Positions 55,601 to 64,000 of a stretch of DNA of 64,000 nucleotides are shown here, piece by piece. The translations under genes were made by a program, and so were the position numbers. The stretch comes from an uncultured delta proteobacterium (GTDB taxonomy: Bacteria; Myxococcota_A; Polyangia; Palsa-1104), in the NCBI GenBank assembly GCA_963785725.1, contig CAWAWS010000024.1, positions 32,001 through 96,000 on the forward strand, given 5' to 3'. The number at the start of each line of letters is the position of its first letter. Positions within the stretch are counted from its first letter, which is position 1. The notes beneath the pieces were generated by a model. It worked only from the letters and a program-made list of their open reading frames with translations. It was not told the origin of the DNA and ran no database searches.

Positions 55601-55927
55601 CGGATGGTCCACTTTGTCGACGAGCGCGAGCGCTTTTTGCACGTCCGAGCGCCCATCCCAAGCGAGCAACGCGGCACGCACGCGCAAGTCGGCGGCGCGC
55701 CGCTTCGCCTTGGCGTCGGCCTCGGCCGTCTGCGGCTGCCCCTTCTTGCGCTCGGGCTCTTGCTGCCACTCGGCCTCGGCAGCGACGAGCGCCAGCAGCT
55801 CGTCGACGGGATTGTCGGCCGATGGCGAGACGATGGAAGGCTGGGAGTCGACCGCGGCGCGCGGGAGCGGCGGCGGTCCGCGTCGAGCCCCGGACGCCGA
55901 AGCGGGCGGCTGGAGCCCATCAGGCAT
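49696..55927 (-). CDS. Giant TPR-repeat protein (~2070 aa, AgmK-like architecture) with a degenerate M48-like C-terminal domain (+1 frameshift near 50377)
   Basis: Dozens of TPR-like units (A...Y...L..DP....AL..LE..Y...W..L); the C-terminus continues in ORF 49696-50364. Confidence 0.88.
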
Positions 55928-56036
55928 AAGTCACCACACGCATGCGATGCCCCCAGTGTAACAGACGTAGGCCCGCTTGCAAAGTGACCGCGAAACGATT
56001 TTTGCTTTTAAACCTTGTACTTAGTAGGGCGACTGC

Positions 56037-57296
<1,260 letters not shown>

Positions 57297-57317
57297 GATC
57301 AGGAGTCTCGGCCGATT

Positions 57318-58346
57318 CTACCAGCTAAGCTTCTGCCGTGCTCCACCTTTGATATCGAGCTGGAGCGATTTCTCCCGCGAGTTGTCGAAGCTCTTGTAGG
57401 CGATGACGTGCTTGCCCTCGGGGATTCCGGCCTCGTCCCACAAGCCGATGTCCTTGCCGTCGACGCGCACGCGCGCCCACGGGTCGAGCTTCGTCACGAG
57501 CACGCCGAACGCGAAGAACTTGGTCGCGTCCTTGTTCGAGGCCACGTCGACCCGCAGGTTGCGCACGATGTGAAACTGCTCGTTCTCGAGCCCGACGATG
57601 TATTTGCCCGGCGGCAGCGTGTAGCGCTTGAGCGGCGTCGAGCGGCCGGTGTCGCGCCCGTTGACGGTGACTTTGCACGGGAACGACGCGTCGACGCTGA
57701 TCGAGCCGAGGATGTGATCCTTGGCCAAGTTCTCGCGCACGGTGTCGGCGATTTTTCCGTCTGGCCGCACGCGTAAATAATCGGCGAGGAAGTTCCGCTC
57801 CTGCGTGCGGTCGCCGATCTTGCCGTAGACGGCGCCGAGCAGACGATAAGGACCGGGCAGGTCGGGATCGAGCAGCAGCGCCGCCTGCAGCTCGTTCACG
57901 GCCGACTGATAACGCTTGGTCTGCGCGTCCTTCTTGCCCTCTTCGAACAGCCGCTTGGACTCGTTCGTGGCCGGCGTCGGACGAAACAGCGTCTCGGTGA
58001 ACGGCGCCGGCGCGTCTTCCAGGCGGCGCGCCTCCGACTCGGCGCGTGACTTGCGCGCGCCATCGGCGTCGGGACGCGCGGCGAAGCGTTTGTACTCGAC
58101 GATCGCATCTTCATATTGGCCGGCGAGCGTGTAGACCTCGGCCAGCCGATATTGCGGCGTCGAATCTTTGGGCCGCAGCGCGCCCAGGCCGCGCAACAGC
58201 GTCACGGCGCGGGCATATTGCCCGTTCGAGACCGCCGATTCGGCGGCCTTCTCGAGCCACGCACCATCATCCGCGGCCCACGCCAGCGACGGCGCAACCA
58301 GAGGTGAACAGAGCAACAACGCGACCGCCAACGCGAGCGTTCTCAT
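57318..58346 (-). CDS. Secreted TPR + PEGA protein
   Basis: Signal peptide (LAWA|AD); TPRs; two PEGA-like repeats (VTVNG..TP...LPPGKY; PWARVRVDG). Confidence 0.85.
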   Translation of the reverse strand: MRTLALAVALLLCSPLVAPSLAWAADDGAWLEKAAESAVSNGQYARAVTLLRGLGALRPKDSTPQYRLAEVYTLAGQYEDAIVEYKRFAARPDADGARKSRAESEARRLEDAPAPFTETLFRPTPATNESKRLFEEGKKDAQTKRYQSAVNELQAALLLDPDLPGPYRLLGAVYGKIGDRTQERNFLADYLRVRPDGKIADTVRENLAKDHILGSISVDASFPCKVTVNGRDTGRSTPLKRYTLPPGKYIVGLENEQFHIVRNLRVDVASNKDATKFFAFGVLVTKLDPWARVRVDGKDIGLWDEAGIPEGKHVIAYKSFDNSREKSLQLDIKGGARQKLSW

Positions 58347-58440
58347 GTTTTCGGCAGGGTCACCTTAACACGGCCGCTGATTGCTTTCGTCAAAAAATTT
58401 CGATACGATAGTCGGCCAGGCCACTCTGGCCACGGGGCGC

Positions 58441-59382
58441 ATGACGGTATCCGTTCCTCAGGCAATCGTGCTCGAGAGAAACAAGCTAGTCCTGCGAAGG
58501 ATCGCGCGCGTGCTCGGGTGTGCCGGCTTCGAAGTACGTACGTTCGAAGAGCCGGACAAGATCGATGCAGCGGCGATTGACGCGGCGGAGCTGTTGATGG
58601 CCGACGCCTTCGACGCCGATCTAGTCATGAAGCACTTGCGCGCTCACGCGAGGCTGCGCGCGGCCCTCTATTCAGGCGAGCCGCTCGATCGGCTGCTCGG
58701 CAAAGCGTTGGAAGAGCCGCGCCTGGTCGGCTTGCTCGGCCGCTCGTCGTTCGAGACGCCGCCGCGCGAGGACGATCTGCTGCACGTCGCCCGCCGCGCC
58801 ATCGACAAGGCGTCGCCGCCGTTCGAGGCGCACTTGGCGTGGGGCGCGGCCGGCTTCGCCTACTCGCTCACCGACATGAAAGGGCGCGATCACGCCGTCA
58901 ACGAGACCATCGCGTTCGCCGGCAAGCTGGGCGCGCCCAAGCGCGTCGGCGAGATGCTGGGCGAGCTGGCGCACGAGCTCATCATGAACGCGCTCTACGA
59001 CGCGCCCGTCGACGAGTTCGGCCGCCCGCGCTTCGCCCACGATCGCAAGGCCGAGATTCAGCTCAGCGACTTGGACGCCGCCGAGTTCCGCTGCGGCTCC
59101 GACGGCGTGCGCATCGCCGTCGAGATCGTCGACCGCTTCGGCCGCCTGCAGCGCCAGCACGTCTTCGGCGGCCTCGTGCGCGGCTTGAAGGCGGGCCAGA
59201 TGGACACCGCCGGCGGCGGCGCCGGCCTCGGCATGCTCGTCGCCTATCGCTCGACGACGGCGCTGTTTTACGACGTCGACCCGGGCCTGCGCACGCGCGT
59301 CACCGGCCTCTTCGACCTCGATCTCAACCTGCGCGAGTTCCGCCAGCTGCCGAAGACGATCCACTTTCCAGAGGGAACATGA
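58441..59382 (+). CDS. Degenerate receiver domain + RsbW/SpoIIAB-like GHKL kinase
   Basis: N-terminal REC-like fold (VLERNKLV...GFEV...LLMAD); N-box ELAHELIMNA; IVDRFG; G2 box GGAGLG; no HisKA H-box. Confidence 0.75.
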   Translation: MTVSVPQAIVLERNKLVLRRIARVLGCAGFEVRTFEEPDKIDAAAIDAAELLMADAFDADLVMKHLRAHARLRAALYSGEPLDRLLGKALEEPRLVGLLGRSSFETPPREDDLLHVARRAIDKASPPFEAHLAWGAAGFAYSLTDMKGRDHAVNETIAFAGKLGAPKRVGEMLGELAHELIMNALYDAPVDEFGRPRFAHDRKAEIQLSDLDAAEFRCGSDGVRIAVEIVDRFGRLQRQHVFGGLVRGLKAGQMDTAGGGAGLGMLVAYRSTTALFYDVDPGLRTRVTGLFDLDLNLREFRQLPKTIHFPEGT

Positions 59383-61616
59383 TGCCCACCGGCTCGACAG
59401 ATCCGGGCACGAAGCCCAAGCTGCGCGTCGACAAAACGTCCGAGGGCGGCATCACGCTGCTCAAGCTCGCGGGCACCATCGACGAGCAGTTCGAGGGCAA
59501 GCAGATCGCGTCCGGCATCAAAGGCGGCACGTTGCTGCTCGAGCTGGCCGAGATCGAGCGCATCAGCTCCTTCGGCATCCGCGAGTGGGTCGACTTCATC
59601 AGCGCCGTCTCCAGCAGAGTGCAGTCGCTGTGGTTCGTCGAGTGCGCGCCCAAGGTCGTCGATCAGTTCAACATGGTCGCCAACTTCGGCGGCTTGGGCC
59701 ACCTCATCAGCTTCTACGCGCCCTATCGCTGCGACTATTGCGACGACGATCGCCGCCGCCTCGTGCAAGTGGCGCAGGAGTGGGAGCAGCTCAAGACCGG
59801 CAAGCTGCCCGAGCGCGTCTGCGAGTCGTGCGGCAACGCCGAATACTTCGACGAAGATCCGCTGACCTTCTTCTCGTTCCTGCAGTCGCATCCGCCGGTG
59901 GCGACGCCGCCGGACGTGGCGGCGTTCTTGGCGACGCGGCTCAACTACACGGTCGACGCCGGCGCGCGCAAGCTCAAGATCGAGAAGCAGATCGACGGCC
60001 GCGCCACGTTCTTGAAGCTCTCGGGTGACCTCGACGGCAGCTTCCCGCGCGAGAAGATCGCCGACGGCGCCGAAGGTGACGTGCTCTTCGACCTCTCGGG
60101 CATCGGCAAGATCGATCCCGCGGGCGCGGCCGAGTGGCGGCAGATGATGGCGCAGATCGCCGCGCCTTCGGAGCGCATCGTCATCGTGGGCGCGCCGGCG
60201 GCGTTCGTCGAGCGGCTCACCAAAGCGGAAGATCTCGGGCAAAAAGGGCTGATTTTATCGTTCGCGATGCCCTACACCTGTCCGACCTGCCGCTCGACGT
60301 CGGCGCGCGAAGTGGACGTCGCGCAGCACTGGGACGTCTTGAAGTTCGCGTCGGCGCCGGAGCTCAAGTGCCCCGATTGCGGCTCACCGACGACGTGCGC
60401 GGCTTCGGAGGCGCTGCTCGCGCACTTGCCGTCGCTGCCGCGGCCCGATGTGCCCGACGAGCTGCGCAAGCAGCTCAAGACCTTCCGCGAAGAGGCGCTC
60501 AAGAAGTCGCTGCTGCAGAAGAATTCGGGGCCGATCGCGACGGCTTATCCGAGCTTGCCGGTGGCGCAGTCGTCGGCGGGGCGCGGCGCGTTCTCGTGGC
60601 TGACGGCGCTGGTGGCGGCCGGCATCGTCGTCGTGGCCGGCGGCGCGATCCTCGTCGTCAAGAGCCTGGCGCAGAATCACGGCAGCGCCGACTCGGGCGA
60701 GAAGCTGGAGGCGTCGCAGCCCAATCGGCCGGCGTGGGTCGATCAGACGTTCTTCCGCGAGAGTGACCGGCTGCTCTTCGTCGGCCACTCGACGCTGGTC
60801 TCGGACAAGGCGGATGGCTTCGCCGAGGCCGAATCGGGCGCGCTCGAAGAGGTGGCCAACCAAATGGGCCTCTCGATTCGCGATCCGGCGTGGCTCGATC
60901 AAGTGCGCACGCAATACGAAGCCTTCCGCTCCAAGGCGATCGGCGATCTGGAGAAGGCGACGGTGTCCGGCGATCCGGCGGAGATCGAGCGAGCGCGGCG
61001 CGCGGCGCGTGAAGGCCGGCGGCGCGTGGCCGAGTCGCTGCGCAAGACGGGCGCCGGCTTGGCGCCGACCGAGCGCAACGATCTATATTGGGAGAAGCTG
61101 CAGACGCGCGACGGGCTGAAGTACCAAGTCAGCATTCGCTACGCCATCCCGAAGGCGAACTTCGAGAAGCTCGTCGAGTCCTACGCCACGCCCGAGACGG
61201 CGATGGGCGCCAAAGCGGTCTCCTATTTCCCCGAGCTCGGCTGGCGCTTCGACGTGACCGAAGGCGCCGTCGTCACGAAGGTGGCCAACGACTCGAGCCT
61301 GCGCTTCGCCGGCATTCAAGAGGGCGACTTGATCTTGTCGGGCATGGATCGCGTGGTCCACGACGCCCGCTCGTGGAAGCGCGTGCTCGAGGAGGAGTCG
61401 GCGGCGCTGGCGCGCGAAGGCGGCGCGCTCGTCCTCAAGGTCAAGCGCGGCGACGCGCCGGCGATCGACACGCGGCTGCGCATCGCGCGCGGCGGCGCGG
61501 CCTCGGAAGACGCGTCGAACAAGCTGCATCAGACGTCGCAAGCGAAGCACAACAGCCCCAATCCGAAGTCTAAAAACCAAACCGGCAACATCTGGGATGA
61601 CAACCCGGAGGAGTAG
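59379..61616 (+). CDS. Membrane protein: 2x(STAS + zinc ribbon)-TM-periplasmic domain-PDZ
   Basis: LAGTIDE/RISSFGIREW/CDYC..CESC; LSGDLDG/KIDPAGAAEW/CPTC..CPDC; TM; RPAWVD LPP20-like segment; PDZ-like GAVVTKV...AGIQEGDLI; ATGA overlap with the kinase stop. Confidence 0.82.
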   Translation: MMPTGSTDPGTKPKLRVDKTSEGGITLLKLAGTIDEQFEGKQIASGIKGGTLLLELAEIERISSFGIREWVDFISAVSSRVQSLWFVECAPKVVDQFNMVANFGGLGHLISFYAPYRCDYCDDDRRRLVQVAQEWEQLKTGKLPERVCESCGNAEYFDEDPLTFFSFLQSHPPVATPPDVAAFLATRLNYTVDAGARKLKIEKQIDGRATFLKLSGDLDGSFPREKIADGAEGDVLFDLSGIGKIDPAGAAEWRQMMAQIAAPSERIVIVGAPAAFVERLTKAEDLGQKGLILSFAMPYTCPTCRSTSAREVDVAQHWDVLKFASAPELKCPDCGSPTTCAASEALLAHLPSLPRPDVPDELRKQLKTFREEALKKSLLQKNSGPIATAYPSLPVAQSSAGRGAFSWLTALVAAGIVVVAGGAILVVKSLAQNHGSADSGEKLEASQPNRPAWVDQTFFRESDRLLFVGHSTLVSDKADGFAEAESGALEEVANQMGLSIRDPAWLDQVRTQYEAFRSKAIGDLEKATVSGDPAEIERARRAAREGRRRVAESLRKTGAGLAPTERNDLYWEKLQTRDGLKYQVSIRYAIPKANFEKLVESYATPETAMGAKAVSYFPELGWRFDVTEGAVVTKVANDSSLRFAGIQEGDLILSGMDRVVHDARSWKRVLEEESAALAREGGALVLKVKRGDAPAIDTRLRIARGGAASEDASNKLHQTSQAKHNSPNPKSKNQTGNIWDDNPEE

Positions 61617-61618
61617 AC

Positions 61619-62746
61619 TTGCTCAGATTATGTGCTTTGGGAGTTGCGCTGACGGCGCTGCTCACCGCCGGTGCTGCACGCGGCGCGGGGGCGAACGAAG
61701 ATGAACGTGAAGTAGCAGCCTCGGGCAACGAAGACGCCAAGAAGCGCTTCGCCGAGGGTAACGAGCGCTATGCGCGCGGCGAGTACGAAGCGGCGATCGA
61801 GTCGTTTCGTGCGGCGATCGCGGCCGAGCCGAAGCTGCCCGGGCCCTATCGCAACCTGGGCTTGGCCTATCGCGCGCTCAATCGCTGCGCCGATGCGCTG
61901 CCGGTGTACGAGAAGTATTTGTCGCTGAAGCCGGAGTCGCGCTTCACCGAGCGCGTCAAGAAGGAGATCGACTTGTGCCGCACGAAGCTGGGGCAGGCCA
62001 AGCCGCAGCCGACGACGGCGCCGGTCACGACGACGCCGACGCCGCCGCCGACGACGACGGCACCCGCGCAACAGCCGCATCCGGAGATGGCGCAGGGCAT
62101 CTTGCACGTCGCGGCCAACCTCATCGGCGGCGAGGCCACCGACGAAGCGACGGTCAAGGTCGACGGCCTCGTGCGCGGCGCGACGCCGATGACGATTCCG
62201 GTGACCGCGGGCGTGCACAAGATCGATCTGGCGCGCATGGGCTTCGAGAGCGCGTCGGCGACGGTCGAAGTCGGGCCCGGCGAGCGTCGCGACGTCGAGC
62301 TGACGATCAACAAGCTGGCGCAGGCGGCGATCGTGCCCATCGTGTCGCCGACGGGAAATTCGCAGTCGACGGTGCCGGTGGACGAGTCGACCGGCCCCAA
62401 GAAGAGCTACGCGAAATATGGCTGGATCATGCTCGGCGTGGCCGCGGTCACGGGCGCGGTCGGCGCCGGCTTCGGCATCGCCGAGTCCAAGCTGCATCGC
62501 GACGCCGTCGCTGCCGATCCGTCGATGACGTCGCGCAGCTACGTCAACGCCAAGGAGCACACCGGGCAAATCTACGGCGACGTGGCCGAGGCCGGCTTGG
62601 CCGTCGGCGGCGCGGCGCTCTTGGCCGGCGCCATCATCCTCATCGCCGATCCGTCGCGCGGCGAGACCCACGAAACGCAGAAGTACGTCATCGCGCCGGC
62701 GATCGATCGCAACGGCGGCAGCCTCGTCGCGACGGTGCGCTTCTAG
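61619..62746 (+). CDS. Secreted TPR + PEGA protein with C-terminal TM helices
   Basis: Signal peptide; TPR (YRNLGLAY); PEGA ATVKVDG..TP..V.AG.H; ends VATVRF. Confidence 0.85.
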   Translation: MLRLCALGVALTALLTAGAARGAGANEDEREVAASGNEDAKKRFAEGNERYARGEYEAAIESFRAAIAAEPKLPGPYRNLGLAYRALNRCADALPVYEKYLSLKPESRFTERVKKEIDLCRTKLGQAKPQPTTAPVTTTPTPPPTTTAPAQQPHPEMAQGILHVAANLIGGEATDEATVKVDGLVRGATPMTIPVTAGVHKIDLARMGFESASATVEVGPGERRDVELTINKLAQAAIVPIVSPTGNSQSTVPVDESTGPKKSYAKYGWIMLGVAAVTGAVGAGFGIAESKLHRDAVAADPSMTSRSYVNAKEHTGQIYGDVAEAGLAVGGAALLAGAIILIADPSRGETHETQKYVIAPAIDRNGGSLVATVRF

Positions 62747-62964
62747 TGCGCGCCTTCGGTAGGATTCTCTTGGCCGCGGCCGCCGCGGCCACGCTCGCCG
62801 GCTGCCCGGCCGCGCACGGCAGCTATCCCTCGCGCGCCTGCATGCTCGACAGCGACTGCTACGAGAACGAGCACTGCGAAAACGCCACCAGCTGCGTCGC
62901 CGACACGGCGGCCACTGACCTCAGCATCGTAGACTCGGGCCCGACGACGGGAGACGACCAATGA
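62746..62964 (+). CDS. Small Cys-rich lipoprotein (72 aa)
   Basis: Lipobox LAGC; C-x5-C-x5-C-x5-C pattern; overlaps both neighbours. Confidence 0.7.
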   Translation: MRAFGRILLAAAAAATLAGCPAAHGSYPSRACMLDSDCYENEHCENATSCVADTAATDLSIVDSGPTTGDDQ

Positions 62965-64000
62965 GCCGCCGCACCCGGGTCCATCAGCACGCCGCGCTCT
63001 TCGCGCTGATCGCGCTGTCGAATTACGCCTACGGCGCCGGTCTGTCGCGCCCGAACGTCGTCGGCGCGCGCGCCATCGGCATGGGCGGCGCCTTCACCGC
63101 CGTCGCCGACGATCCCACCGCCGTCTGGTACAACCCGTCGGGCACCGCCATTTACGGCGACAACGTCGGCTACGTCGGCGGCGAGCTCGTCTTCGCCAAC
63201 CGCAGCTATACGCCCGACGCGCAGAGCACGCTCGGCCAAGCCGGCATCACCAACAAGATCACCGAGAACACCGGCGCGACGTTCATTCCCGTGCTCGGCT
63301 TCACGACGCGCTTCGGCCTCGGCAAGAACGCGCCCACGCGCTTCGCCTTCAGCATCGCCGCCTATGACGCGTACGGCGGCAGCATCAGCTTCAACCCGTC
63401 GAGCGTGACCAGCGCCGGCAAGGTCATCGGCATCACGTCGTCGAAGGTCTTGTCCTACGAAGTCGCGCCCACGCTCGCCTATCAAGTGAGTGACCGCTTG
63501 TCGGTGGGCGCGTCGTTGCGCATCGGCGTCAACACCTTCAGCGTCGACGACACCGAGACCGCCTTCGCCGCCAACTTGTCGGGCACCGGCGTCGGCGTCG
63601 GCGCGACGTTGGGCGCGATGGTGAAGCTGCATCGCATGGTGCAAGTCGGCCTCGTCTATCGCTCGCCGATGTCGGTCGCCATCAGCGGCACGAGCCCGGT
63701 CTCGATCGGCTCGGCGGCGCCGACGCAGCAGGACTTCGGCGTGCACATCCACTGGCCGCAGTCGGCCGGCGCCGGCATCGCGGTCACGCCCTATTCGCGC
63801 ATCATGCTGAGCGCGCAGGCCGATTGGACCGGCTGGTCGTCGCTGCAGAAGCTCGACCTGACCGTCGCCGGCATCGCCGTGCCCAAAGAGCTGCGTTACA
63901 TGGACACCTACGCCGTGCATATCGGCGCGCAGGGCATCATCACGCGCTGGCTCTTATTGCGCGTCGGTTACACGTACGACAGCAACGCCATCCCCGATCG
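62961..64000 (+). CDS. OmpP1/FadL family outer-membrane transporter (3' truncated)
   Basis: GARAIGMGGAFTAVADDPTAVWYNPSG family signature; the frame stays open to the window end. Confidence 0.9.
   Translation, partial: MSRRTRVHQHAALFALIALSNYAYGAGLSRPNVVGARAIGMGGAFTAVADDPTAVWYNPSGTAIYGDNVGYVGGELVFANRSYTPDAQSTLGQAGITNKITENTGATFIPVLGFTTRFGLGKNAPTRFAFSIAAYDAYGGSISFNPSSVTSAGKVIGITSSKVLSYEVAPTLAYQVSDRLSVGASLRIGVNTFSVDDTETAFAANLSGTGVGVGATLGAMVKLHRMVQVGLVYRSPMSVAISGTSPVSIGSAAPTQQDFGVHIHWPQSAGAGIAVTPYSRIMLSAQADWTGWSSLQKLDLTVAGIAVPKELRYMDTYAVHIGAQGIITRWLLLRVGYTYDSNAIPD

Overview
This 64 kb window is very GC-rich (about 70% by eye) and gene-dense. Its gene content points to a myxobacterium (Myxococcota, probably Polyangia-like): many Ser/Thr kinases, PEGA/TPR proteins, Cys-rich lipoproteins, a MYXO-CTERM-type sorting signal and sigma-54 regulators. 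I see no rRNA, tRNA, CRISPR array, transposase or integrase. The left half is an accessory patchwork. It holds an LPMO-like histidine-brace protein coupled to a TMEM175 channel, a pseudokinase, two orphan MacB-type permeases, and an NtrC/HK pair among five sigma-54 (-24/-12) promoter motifs. It also holds a ceramide-glucosyltransferase-like gene with a START protein, a WYL regulator with an EVE protein and operator palindromes, two PHM-type copper monooxygenase-like proteins with a redoxin, a kinase-PEGA-lipoprotein operon next to tandem XRE genes, and an SBP-HK-RR-FHA/GAF cyclase run. The best candidate for an undescribed system is the ~23 kb block at 39032-61616, which looks like a partner-switching signalling module with no sigma factor in the window. 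It has three genes carrying four STAS domains each fused to a CxxC...CxxC zinc ribbon, an RsbW-like kinase, and a Cache/HAMP PP2C phosphatase. It also has two PAS proteins sharing a C-x8-C-x3-C motif, a Hanks kinase, a ~2070-aa TPR protein and envelope TPR/PEGA/PDZ/FadL components. Eight frameshifts in the window all correspond to one extra base, so they are most likely long-read sequencing errors rather than pseudogenes. All domain assignments come from motif reading, not database searches.
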